64,000 nucleotides of DNA from Takakia lepidozioides (Eukaryota; Plantae; Bryophyta): NCBI GenBank assembly GCA_030704615.1, contig CM060732.1, positions 80,476,001 through 80,540,000 of the forward strand, in the 5' to 3' direction. Positions 49,201-61,639 of the stretch are shown here, in pieces; within the stretch, counting starts at the first letter, position 1, and each line of letters opens with the position of its first letter. The notes under the pieces were generated by a model. That model made no database searches. It had not been told where the DNA came from and was given only the letters and a program-made list of their open reading frames with translations. The translations under genes were made by a program, and so were the position numbers.

Positions 49201-51334
49201 AAAAAAAATAAAAATAAAAATGTGGGGGAGTGACTATTTTGATAATTAATTATAGAGGATGTCTATAGTTTGTTGATTGAAATAATATTTAATATTTTTT
49301 TATATTCAAATTATTTTTATTTTGATATTTAAATATATAAATGATATCACATAAGATATAAATTAAATATAAATTAAAAAAAAGTAATACTATCGAACAA
49401 AGTATAAAATATATTTTTATAATCCATTTTAATTTTTTAACGAAATGCGAGCAACGTTTAATTAATCAAATTAAAAAATAGAAAAGAACACCTTGAGGAA
49501 GTCATAAAACGGAACTATTAAACGATATGGACCCTAGTTTGACTTTTTTGTTTAAAAACCCTGCATTGAAAAAATGGTATAACTTATACAAAATTGACTT
49601 TAAAAAAAAATTGACCGCACATTGTGTGCATATCTTCCTTCTGCACTCACTTGCTAATTTTCTAGGACAATCAGCCCCAGATCTAGAAACGGCACCGTTG
49701 AATGTGGGACCCATTATTGGGGCTCATTGGAGAAACATAACATTTTTTAGTACTTTTTTAAAGATTTGAGTGACGCGATCAACTCCAATTGAGGCGAGAT
49801 TAAGCAGGCTTCATCCTCTCGGGATCCTTCATCCAACAAACCAAAAACCATCCAATTTGGCCAACACATCTAGTGTTGTCACTTGGTCAAACCTGGTCAG
49901 ATCCCTTAATTATAATTTTTATCACACACAAGTGTGAAGAAATTTTCACATGAAAAAGACAGAATTACCTTCATCAATTCCTGACCCCCTTGATTGCGTG
50001 ATGAGAGACAACTTTGCTTTAACTCAAAATTAAGGCAATCAATTGCCCAATCCTGGTAGTGCACGACATGGGTCATTCGATGTCTCTAATTTCATACAAT
50101 TTGAAGCAGATTTGAAAATGCAATTTATATTTAAGTGGGCCCTGCAACCCATTTCGGGGTCTGTTGAGCGTTTAAGGCTTAATAGAGGGGATATCGCCCC
50201 GTGACGAAGTCAAAAAAATCAAAGGGGAATCACCCTGAATCATCAATAGCCGAGGATATACCAAAGTTCTAAGAATGTAATAGCACGTTGAAGCATTGTA
50301 TATAAAGGAAAAAAAAAACAAAAAAAACAGAAGAGACGGAAAGAACAAAGTGTTTAGGAGGACCAAAATCTAGGTGTGCCTTGATTTTTGCAACTTTTCC
50401 TATGTCATCAATTAACCTCATGATTGTGATTTTCATGGACTCTCATTCTTTGGGAACACTGTCAGAAAATTCTTGTGCTAGAAAATCTGATGCAAATAAC
50501 GTCATCATTGACCTATGTGAAGTCAAATTCCACAAGAATATGTTGTGTCATTTTTCCAAGCATCTACAAACAAGTTCCCCATAATAGCCCAAAAATCTTG
50601 CGCCTCTTAATCAAAACATCTACAAATTTTCTAAAATGCACATTATTTGAAGTTGTAAAGGGATCCCAAAATTTATATACACACCGAGACTTCCATATCT
50701 ACAATTTTAATCTTAGTGATTATAGAACAATAGAAAATAATATGTAACTAGATTGATCTGAAGGGATATTAAGAGACTTGAGATCTCAAACAAATTGAAG
50801 GTTGTGGAAAGTAAGAAAAATATGGATACTAAAGCACCAACCCATATTAGTGCTTTGATACAAGTTGGACACCGGCCTTGGGGTTCGACTTCCCCAAACG
50901 ACAACAAAACATGATTCTTTCAATAAAAAAAATATCAAAGATAACAAACACAAGAGAGAAAGAAAAAATCAAATCAACTTTAAGCTGAAAATTAAATATT
51001 ATTACAATGAAAATATATGTAAGATGTTATTAAAATAATAACATATAATAATACGGTATAAAATAATTGAGAATTTGATAAAGGCTTCACCAATTCAGTG
51101 TAGATTTTATTTGGGTAAACTATAACATGAATTTATTTATTTATTGACTGTGATGCATGGTTTCTTCTCTAGGGCGTAATCAACAAAAGTTGGGGGCCAC
51201 GAATGCTCATCCACAAATATGTAAAAACTTATCAAGCTATCGATGAAGACATTCAAAGACCCCCAATGCAAGTGGAACGAAAGTATCTATGGGGTGACGT
51301 TTGCAAAATTATGATTTAGTCCAGTTGTTGGATC

Positions 51335-52360
51335 CACTTGCCTCCGGATATTTGTAATCTAGGATTACCCTCGAGAGAGGTTTGTCCCTACAAGATAGGC
51401 CCTCGTTAATGGCTATAATAAAGCCATTCTAATGCAGTGAACCAGCCCCCACTGTTGGGCCCACATGCCCTTTCCCTCACCATGCCCTTTGCTCGGCATA
51501 CTCCTCACCATGCATGTGGGCCCTACCATGCTCTATGCGAGGCCCCATGCTACATGCTCCACATCATGTTTGTTATCCATGGATGAATTTAGGGATGAAT
51601 TTAGGATGGATGAGGTTAGGGTCTTTTAGGGCGGCGGCTGGTTTAGGGTTTTGTTTGTTTGGGACTTAGTGAGTTTTTTGGCTTAGTGAGTTCTTTGCAA
51701 ACTATGTGAGTTCCTTTTATTATGTTTGCATTGTGAATGGTATGCAAGTGGTATGTTAGACCTAGATATAAGTGATATGCCAGGGAAACCTCGACCTCGG
51801 TTTCTTCCAAACATATCTTATATCACTTAAGTGATAAGCCAGGGAAACTTGACCATGGTTTCTTCCAAACATATCTTGTATCACTTAAGTGATAAGCCAG
51901 AGAAACCTTGACCGAGATTTCCTCGAAGCTCCTGAACGCCCTGCACCACATCAAGTGTTTAGTGATCCACAAACTCACCTCACTAATCTAATCTACTCAT
52001 AATTGCGTCCACCAATCCACTCACTAATCCATAGAACCCCGTTGTTTGCTTTGGGAGCCAAGAGAAGCAATTGTTACCCTAACAAGCCTAAACCCACCCC
52101 TAACTTCACCCCTAACCTCATCCATTTTAGATTCATCCCACTAAAATCATCTATGGATAACAAACATGACCATAGAGCATGCGGCATGGGGCCTCGCATG
52201 GAGCATAGCAGGGCACACATGCATGGCGAGGAGTGGGTATGGCGAAGAAATGGCAGGTGGGCCTGGAGGGGGCTGGCTCTTGGCATTAATGACAAAGCCC
52301 ATTAATGTGCCCTATCTTGTAGGGACAAATCCTAGATTACAAATATCCCGAGGCGATTTG
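51335..52360. mobile_element. ~1-kb foldback / long-TIR non-autonomous element with an internal ~59-bp tandem repeat
   Basis: 51345-51665 is an imperfect inverted copy of 52075-52350 (e.g. GGATATTTGTAATCTAGG / CCTAGATTACAAATATCC and CATGTTTGTTATCCAT / ATGGATAACAAACATG). The centre, 51768-51920, has 2.5 copies of TAAGTGATAAGCCAGGGAAAC...CCAAACATATCTT.TATCACT. Confidence 0.78.
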
Positions 52361-53040
52361 GGTTATCCCATAACCGTTCAGCATGAGAAATTAACGCGAG
52401 AAAGGGTTCTTTTGAAAACAGTTAGCTACGAACCTTGCCAAATACCAAGAAATCTAGGAATACATCAACATTACACCATGTATCTCATAACAACCGAAGA
52501 AACATTTTAAGCATAGATGCGAAGAAGAGAAACTTTATTTTTCATTTATGTTAAATTAGCAGATTACATAGATCTAACACTCTGTAAGCTCGAGGGTGAA
52601 GTCATTAGTCGATCATCAAGAGTATGATAGTGGTTTCTATGCTTGGGTAAAGCTTAAGCCGTAGTCTTTGTTGCTATCAATCTAACATGGTATCAAGCCA
52701 TTTTTTCTAGGTGAGAGTTTATAGATGAGTTGAGAGAACTTGATCATGGCTAGAGTATTGTCTTCTAGTAATCCTAATATATCTATTATCTATTTGGATG
52801 TGAGAATGGAAGATCGGTTCAATGGAACTAACTATCAAACTTATAAGTTTATGATAGTTCGTCTAGACAAAGATCTATGGCGAGTAATTCATGGATCAGT
52901 CCAAAGACGAGACACTATTGTGGGCCGAACTATATTAGATAGAACAGATAAAAAAACATCATTACAAATTTGAGAAACAAACACTTGCATCTCATTATAG
53001 TGCTAAAAATGCTAATGAGGTTTTGTCAAGCTACCAACTA

Positions 53041-53754
53041 GGGGAATGCTAGATCATGAGCCTGGAGACATGAGCTTATGAGCCCATGAGCCCGTGAGCC
53101 TAAGATAGGCTCACGCCACGTCAGCATGGAATCCGGAACTTGCAGGCCCTATTCCCGCGGGAGGCGCCTATTTCCGCGGAGAAATTAACCGTTTTCAGTT
53201 ATTCCAGATCACATCTGTTACATCCACTCCATCATCCATTTAGATGTGGTTTACATACCAAGTCCTTGCATGCCACGAAATGGATGAATGTAGTTGTGTT
53301 TGAATGGAACATCATCCGACATATTAGGGACGAAATAGTGGATGAGGATGCATAGTCCTCCGCATAGATGAATGTGGCCACGTCGTGTATGTACGCACGT
53401 ATACAATCCCTCCACATGTACGCATCCAATAATGCATATCCAATCATAGAAGGTTCAAGAATCCGAAACACAAAGGGAGGTGGTCAGATAGGGAGGGATG
53501 GACGATGGCGGGGTGGAGTGGGGAGTGTCTGTATAGGTTGATTTTTTTTAAAGGAACGGATGGAGTAAGCAAGAAAGGTGTTGTGCTGTGGAGCTTGTGT
53601 GCAGCTGCCCATCCCCAGCAGGCAAGGGTGAAAAAAAAGAACGTGTGTGGGATATACAGAGAAAACGTGCTCCGCAAATGCCCTGAAAATAGTGTGCGGC
53701 ACCGCACACTATTTTATGGGCATCTGCGAAGCCGAACGAGAAAACGAAAAAACG

Positions 53755-53794
<40 letters not shown>

Positions 53795-55097
53795 TGTGTG
53801 GGATGGGAATCTGCAGAGAAAACATGCTCCACAGATGCCCCAAACAGCGGCACAACGGCACCGCACACTATTTTCCGGGCATCTGCGAGGGAACGAAAAA
53901 ATAATAATAATTTAAATTTAAAAAAAAAAATCCTTGTGTGGGATGGGCATCTACAGAGAAAACATGCTCCGCAGATGTTCTGAAACAGTGTGCGGTGCTG
54001 AACACTATTTTCCGGACATCTGCCAGAGAACGAAAAACAAAAAAATTAAAAAAAAACAACATTGTGTGGAATGGGCATTTGTAGAGAAAACATGCTCCGC
54101 AGATGCCCTGAAACAGTGTGCGGTGCCGCACATTGTTTTCAGGGCATCTGCGTGGGAACGAAAATAAATAAATAAATTGTGTATGGGATGGACAGCTGCA
54201 AAGAAAACGTGCACCGTAGATGCCCTGAAACTAGTGTGCGGTGCCGCACACTACTTTCAAGGCATCTGCGTGGGAACCTGCCTAAAGTACATTCGCTGGG
54301 CTCACAGGCTCACGGGATGGGCGCAGATGCCGGAATGTTGTAACTAAAGATGGACAGGCGATTGCAGGCAAGGGTGACATCTATCATGGAAGTCCCCTCC
54401 TTCTGGATTTGGTCGTGAGTACACAATGGTCACTTCTGGTTCGTTTCTTCAAGATAAGGCGTATCAGGGTACAATTGGCACCTGTCCGGACTGCACTTGC
54501 CCGGATTTCATTTGCATGCGTGAGGGCAGCCTGGGAAAGAAGATGAAGTTGGTTCTTTGCAAACACTTGTACTACATTTTTGTGCGCAGGATGTGTTGTG
54601 ACCCCAAAAGAGACCAGTACATTCACCAGGCCACGCTCTCACCTGGTGAAGTCCATACTCTTCTGCAACGTGACACGTCCAAGACCGGTTAAGTAGTAGG
54701 CGTATTGCTTGTTTGCATTTCATACTATGCGTGGAAATTGAGTATCAATGAAGCAATAACATAGTGGTGCTTCAGTACATGTCTTCATTCAATCCTATGC
54801 AACTCATGTAATACATGGTGATATTCTATCATTGCATAGGCATGGATTGTGCTGTCGTTCGTTTCCCAAAAGTGCTCTTGGATTCTCTTATTGTGATGTG
54901 CAGTTGACGGTAATGTTGGTCATTCCAACGGGAATAGGCCCACGTTCTCAGGTCCTCGAGATTAGGTGTTATTTCCAATACGCCCTAGACCGTGGGCTCA
55001 TGCTTACCAAGCGTGAGCCTAGGCTCACGCTTACTGCGCTAAACGTGAGCCCAGCTCCCAGGCTCATGGGGCTGGGCTCATGACCTAGTTGCCCTCC
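53041..55097 (+). mobile_element. Non-autonomous Mutator-like element (MULE) carrying a SWIM zinc-finger fragment, nested in the copia element
   Basis: Perfect 9-bp TSD TACCAACTA at 53032-53040 and 55098-55106. Imperfect TIRs GGGGAATGCTAGATCATGAGCC / GGCTCATGACCTAGTTGCCCTCC. ORF 54426-54692 has CTCPDF...CKHLYY (SWIM CxCx(n)CxH). Confidence 0.88.
53640..54280. repeat. Five ~120-150-bp tandem units inside the MULE
   Basis: Unit TGTGGGATGGG..CTGCAGAGAAAACATGCTCCGCAGATGCCCTGAAAC.AGTGTGCGGTGCCGCACACT..GGGCATCTGCG with internal palindromes and poly(A) spacers. Confidence 0.88.
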
Positions 55098-56550
55098 TAC
55101 CAACTATATATGAGACAAAAGATGTCGCATCGCAGGTGTATACGATGTAAAAGTTTTATGGTCTGATGATGACCGAGTCAGATTCAGTTGATTAACGTTA
55201 ACTTGAATTTGTTTGGTGTATTGTAAGGGTGGGTCTTATATGAGCAGATGAATAGATCATTGCAAGAATATGCAAGAAGTATGTTTAAAGAATGAATCAT
55301 TCAAATAATTTTTTTGGACAGAAACGGGTGGGATTGCAACATATCTTCACAACATAATTATTACAAAATTAGTGTTGGAAAAATACCAGAAGAGGTTTGG
55401 AGTGGTCAGAAATTTAGTGTGGCTCATCATAAGATTTTTGGATGTTGTGCATATGTCGTAATATTCCAACTAAAAAACGAAGGAAATTGACTAAAACAAA
55501 GAAGACCGCATCTTCATAAGTTACACAGAAGGTGTGAAGGGATATAAGTTGTTCAATGAGACAACTAAAACTGTCAAATACAGCAATTAAAGTCTACAAT
55601 ATTTCTAAATGGAGAACTACAAAAGCCTAAAGGAGATTTACATGAAACAACTTGTATAAGGAAGAAATGACTTGTGTGGACCCAAACAAAGTTCTCGAGC
55701 TTGGTATACCAAAATTGATGTTTATCTCTTTAGGAAGAAAATGTTGGAAGGAATTTTTAGAGATGAGTTTCCCCCTTCCACTTCTTGTTATCACGTTGAA
55801 GACCTAAGAGACATCGATATGACTATCAAGGCCAAGATGATCGTCACAGAATTTGCTCTTATGGCGGATGCTATGGTCAATGAACGACATTGTGTCACTC
55901 ACTTCCAGGTTGGTGAAAAGAACCAGCGGATCGGCAATGTCATGCTCATGATCAACAAAATTCTAGAGCTTAAGCGCATGTACCTGAACCATTGTTTGGT
56001 CTTGGAGTTTTATGGGGGCGTATCTGCTCAGGACAAGGTCAGGAGTCATTTGCCTCCCACCTTGTAGCGTGAGAGAGGGAGAGGGACCCCATTACACAGC
56101 TCTTAGGGTGCAGATGGGCAAATCTTTATCCCAGGCTGAGATTGAGCCTCACATGCAAGAAAGACACGACGAAGAGGGTGGTCCGTCGACGATCCTGGTT
56201 TACCACTTTTGATGACTCTCCAGTCAAAGTCCTTGGTTGACTCTTGGTGTTTGAGCAAAGCATTGCTGACACAAATATCTATATGAAGAGGATGGGAGAA
56301 CGATTTGTGGTCATAGCTTTATATGAGAATGATACAATCATTGTCACCAATGATTGTCAAAGATTATTGCCACAAACTAAAACACATTATTTAGTGTTGA
56401 GTTGACCATTGCTGATATGGATGAGATGTGATTATGTTTCGGAGATCGAATAAACCATACAACATTCATGCATCAACAACAGTATATTGGGACTATTTTG
56501 TAAAGGTTCAAGTTAGAGATGAATAAGCCAACATCAACTCCGCCAGGTGG

Positions 56551-56650
56551 ATGACTGCGGCAAATATTTATTGTGTAGTCACTGCATTTAGTCAGATGTG
56601 CCACAACTACGGGAAAGCCACAGTCATAAAAAACACATTTTGTTGTAGTG
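56551..56650. mobile_element. Short CACTA terminus (...TGTTGTAGTG)
   Basis: The reverse complement reads CACTACAACAAAATG, with TATGACT nearby. Resembles the terminus at 34242. Confidence 0.55.
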
Positions 56651-58899
56651 GATAGGAGATAGAATTAATCTCTTTCCCATTGCTCGCAACAACAGACATC
56701 CACATCACTCTTTATAATAACTCTTTTTAACCCCTAAACGCCGGACCAACCCAAATTGGGTCGGTTTGGCTCGGTCTCTTTATTGCGCTGGTCCTACCAG
56801 TTGCAGATGAAGTCCGATGAAGTTGGGCCTTGAATGAAAAAAAATGCGCCTACAAGCAAGGATTCCAACGCACTAATGTGTGCCCCATACAGTAAAGCGA
56901 AGCTGCCAAAAATGGATAGGATCTGCATGTGGGTCAGTCATTTGCATGACTGTGGGGTGGCCCCGACAGTTTACCACACTACGTGGCAGCCGGAAATGGG
57001 CTCATGGCCTGACCACCCCGGTGGCCTACCAAACAACCTGCCAGAAATGTCCAGCCGGTCGTTTAGATTAGCCTCACCTGAAAATACTTATGACACATAG
57101 AACAAATGACATCCACAAATGTGGTTTTGAAATTTTCTTGAAATTTTTTGACATTCATATTTATCCTTGCAAGGAAGAAGTGCACCAGAGAAATTTTCAT
57201 TGCGTTCAAAATTCTGGATTCTATGAAGCTTTTTATCTCTCTGTTCATGGGAATATCCATTCTACCCCCCTAATTGGATGTACAAAGAAGCCACTTGATA
57301 TTCTCAACATTTGATCATCAAATTGGGAGAGCACATCTGTCACCCTCCTTGCTTTATGAATGTGGAGGCCCGTGCCCCAGAAAAATTATCAAACCAACAA
57401 GTCACCTTGGTCAAAGGGAATTTTTCATCAATTTTTATGTGGAGTTACAGATTTCACCATCCAGGAGTTTTGCTATAATCTGCCATTTTTGACGGTCAAT
57501 GCTTCCAAATAATGTGAGTAGTTAGATGTAGTAGGTAGGTAAATACTGGTAAGGTTCATTCCGGTGGATGGACAGTCAGTGCCAGATATAGCCTCATCAA
57601 TGAGGCTAGGTCCTATTTTGGGGATGGCCCACCAAAATGGCAGCCGACGCTTAGGGGTTAAGCATCTAAACATCTAATGGTTACGGCACAAAATCGTTGT
57701 ATACATGGTCATGGATTCGAATTCACACAAAACTATGTTCGATTTCACCCATTATAGCTAACCTAGCTAGTATATAGTTTTTTTGTTTGATTATACAATG
57801 GAGCAGCCATTTTGATTTTTGCTAAATGTCAAAGTTCAATAATTTTTTGGTAGATGTTCCATCAACCTTCCAAATTTCATCAAAAATTAAGTAATCTACA
57901 AGATGGCTTGGTAATTGAATTGAGGGTTATAACATCACCAATAACCAATCCAAAATGGACATTTAGTGGACATTAGGCTGCAAAGTGAGCACAATTTTGT
58001 AAAATTCTAACAATCCATTTGTTGCAATCTTGTATTCGCATATGTTGGAATTATTAATTTTGTATGTGATGACGAAGGAGGATCTAGTCAGGACCAAGGT
58101 GACCAAGATAGCAATGAAGAGTATCAACTCCCCGGAAAAGGATATGAGCGATCAAGCACCACCAAGGAAAGGTAAAATTGAGCCATTGACGAGTTAACAA
58201 GGAGGAGGAAATGCATCCAAAATAAACATTGTGACGGCCTCTGGTTTTACCCATCTCAATCTGGAGAGACATGTATCAATTGCATGCTGTTAGGAAATGA
58301 CACTGAACTTGTTTAGAGTCCGGAGTAAGTACATAACTGACAAAGATTGCAACTTGCGTTTGTGTACCGAGACTACATCAGGAAGAAGTGAGTGGAAATT
58401 TGCACATTATTTAGTAATATCTAATATAATTTATGTTATCGAATTGTAGGACAACGACTGATTTAAAGGACATCCTGCAGGCAAGAGCTGCATTTGGGGA
58501 GGCACCCCTTTGCTATGGGATGGAGCGGGGCTGTTGTATAGGGCAGGGTTGAGGGCCACTGGGTGGTAGTCAAACTCACACCGAAAGGCTCAGAACGTGC
58601 AATGGTAAGCCTTTTCACTTTTGCTGACATCTCCTTCTTTCAGAAATCTATTCTGCTGGCTCATACTAGGTGTTTGCTTGTGCAGGCTCTCTCATAAATG
58701 GGATTTGTGTTTATCAAAAGCTTAGGAAGTATTGGGGGACTATCGTCCAAGCTCTTATCTCGTACGGGACAACTGTAAATAGCACCATAGTGTACATTGC
58801 GACAGACCTTATCAAAGGTCACGAACTTGGATTTGGTAAGGTTGTACATACAACGCTCGATAATTGTCATGTTACATTGTCATTTCTTTGTTTCAAAAT

Positions 58900-59860
58900 T
58901 ACCTAGCTTCTAGTTTGGTGCTGATCTGTTGGATGCATAAAAGGTGACCCCAAAAGTTGCGAGTGTAACAGGAAGCCCTTCGGGTCATACATACCTCCGG
59001 CATACTACATGGGGACATCCAGAGAAGCAACATTTTGGTATTGGGTATGTCTAGCATTAGCTGACTGCTTGTGTGGGATGATCAGCCAGGAAAGTAAGAG
59101 GTAATTCTTATCCCCCAACATGTAAGGCTTTATGTTGTCCTGCCCAAATTCCAGATTGAATATGCCTTCATATGTCGTTTTTTGGTAAAGAGCAGATAAA
59201 CGGAGGATTCTGGAATCATTCATGCTCCCTGACATGCCGACATAGGCGTCTGTGAATCGTTTTTCATGATCCACAACTGCTTGTAATTGAAGACTGTAAC
59301 CCTTAGATTTATATGAGTAATAGTCGCAAACAAATGGGCCTCTTGGCTTCTAAATATGAATTTGTGTCACGTCGATAGCTCCATGAATGGTGGGAAGTCC
59401 GCAAAACTCTTTGAATCCACACATCACCCTGGTTAGCTCCTGGCCTCTTGGCCATCGTATTTGGTTTCAGAACACTATATTGACTACATAAACAAATTCC
59501 CGCAATACCATATGCACACTAGACTTCCCCATAGCAAACATTTCGCTACACTTCATATTTTGCTTCTCAATTAATAGTTTCACCCTGTCTGTAATTTGAA
59601 TAACAACGTCCCTTGTTACTCTAAAGTGCTCCATCCGGCGCTTGTTGTCATATTGAGTCATCAAAAATCCTGAATACCAAGTCGATGCAGAACCAGAGAA
59701 TTTTTCATAGTTTCGAAAATGATCATTTTCTCCGCATCAATTTGCTCTATGCTCTCAAAATCAAACATCTCATTGACAAACTCGTTTTCAATATGGTGAT
59801 AAATTGAAATATGCTCATGCGTTTGTAAGATGACATACAAAAACTGTGTTGGCATATTAT
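58900..59860 (-). mobile_element. PIF/Harbinger transposase (DDE_Tnp_4) pseudogene
   Basis: EHFRVTR, FAMGKSSV, CGLPTIHGAIDVTQIHI, YSLQLQAVVDHEKRFTDAYVGMSGSMNDSRILRLS, YMLGDKNY.LLSWLIIP. Confidence 0.85.
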
Positions 59861-61382
59861 TCACCTATTTTAAAATTAATTAAAAAAGTGAAATAATAAA
59901 ATCCACATCAATATATGAAGCAAGGTTGTTTGTTTGTTTCTTGGATCTTCCCTAAAGAGGAGACTACCCATCACTGTAAAAAGTATGTCAACTCCATGTT
60001 ACACCCTCCCCATATAACGCTTGCCCTAAATGAACCTCTCCTCAGATTACACCCGGTCCTGCTCTCCCCCCGTACGACTTTTATGAAATTGCATATTCCA
60101 TGTTATTAAGTAATTCGATTACCAAGGGGCCTAATTTGTGCGCTGTAGCTCCCAGGTGTTTCCCTTTTCTAAAATAAATTAAAAAATATTACCGTACACA
60201 TAATCTCAAAACATCTGTCGAAAATCTTCTAAATTTGCACTTTGGATGCCCAAGTTAAGGCAACTAGCGCTACAAGCGTGACCCCCCCCCCCCCATGTCC
60301 GCGAGTTCTTCCACAATGGCCATGGCCATGGTCTCTGTGAGCTCCGGAGTCCAGCGCTCAGTGGGCAGAAGCATTCATCTGCAAAGATTGCACGCTCCCA
60401 CATAGCTGGTTCCAGCTGGTTCAGTGTCTTGTGTTAGTTCCAACTATGGCCTCCAAGGGACTACATACACCAAAGGTCCTGATAAGGATATCAGGGAAGG
60501 CATCTTGAGTAGAGGCACTCAATAGTGAAGCAGTATACTGTCCTAGCCCTTTGTGCCTTTGCTCAAACTTATCCTGGGGAGATTGAGGGTCTTGTTGGTT
60601 GGAAATTGGAAATCCTATGAAAATAGCCCCTGCCAAGTGACAGGTGAGACTTTGTTCTTATGAGACCTAGAACACTTTGAGCTTGATTTCAACCAAAACT
60701 AATCTCTGTATATGGCATATTTAGCATTTTTGGGGGGACGCAAGCTTTTGGCTGCAGAGTAGGTGCCCTAAAACTAGAGTATGCAAAGAAAAGAAAAATA
60801 GGATGTGCACTCCGCGACGATGAAGCGCTTCACGTCGATAAAGCTTGATCCAGGCAAAGCCTCCACTCCACGACAGTCCACTCTCCCCATATTCTACGCT
60901 CCTTGAACGTCACGGTCAAGGAGATGGCAAGCCAATGTGACAAAAACGTGTGCACCTGTTAGCTTAAAGAACCTGTTTCAGGCCCATTAGCTTTTACACC
61001 AAACTACTCTATCTCAATTAATGAGATGCACTAACTATTGGGAGTGCTAGTTAGTATAACTTTAAGTGGGGCACCTAAACCCAATAGTTAGCTTAAATGA
61101 CACTAACTATTGGGTGCCTAACTGCAGATGGGGCAGGGCCCTTATTATTAGCGAGGTTAGCTATTTCATGAGCATGAGCGGCATGAGCGGAGTAGCAAGA
61201 CAATCGGTTTTCATGAGCAAAAGTACAAATTTTAGAAATAAAAAACATTAAAAAATATTATTTTAATGGAAATGTGTCAGAAAACCAATATAATATTCAT
61301 TGTTTGAAGTAAAAATTGTAGTTTTGAGAGCCGTGCTCATGATATTTCGTCTTCCGCTCATGCGAATTCCGAGCGACATCTG

Positions 61383-61625
61383 CAAAAATGGCACCGAATT
61401 TCGCGGTAATAGGTTCCGCAACTGGAGAAAGCTGCGACATATTTCGCGGTAATAGGTGTCTCCGGCGAAAAATGGTGCCGAATTTCGCGGCTATAGGTCC
61501 CAACATGGCAGGTGTGTAAGCCCAAAATTTGGAAATGTGGCGCCGAATTTCGGTACATGGTGCCGGGGATTGCATAGATGTTGGGCAGTTCTTGGGCCAT
61601 GTAAGTGGAGATTCGGCGCCATTTT
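61383..61625. repeat. Degenerate ~40-bp tandem repeat (AAAATGGC.CCGAATTTCGCGG.AATAGGT)
   Basis: About 4-5 copies of the GCCGAATTTCG core. Confidence 0.7.
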
Positions 61626-61639
61626 CTCAGACATCGGAC

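Larger units (their letters stand above)
52549..56550 (+). mobile_element. Heavily decayed Ty1/copia element with nested insertions
   Basis: Short LTR TGTTA...CTAACA (52549-52687) followed by PBS TGGTATCAAGCC. Gag (FNGTNYQT..KDLW), integrase-adjacent sequence (PEEVWSG, KIFGC, KGYKLF) and RT (KQSSRAWY, EQSIADTNIY, KPTSTP) remnants. Confidence 0.8.

Noticed and set aside
56830-57700. Short ORFs suggesting a decayed gene or transposase
   Set aside because: No diagnostic motif could be identified, so the region is left unannotated.
60235-60790. Possible Pack-type element with degenerate inverted ends around a ~430-bp gene-like fragment
   Set aside because: The inverted similarity is weak, there is no TSD, and the internal sequence is not recognisable.
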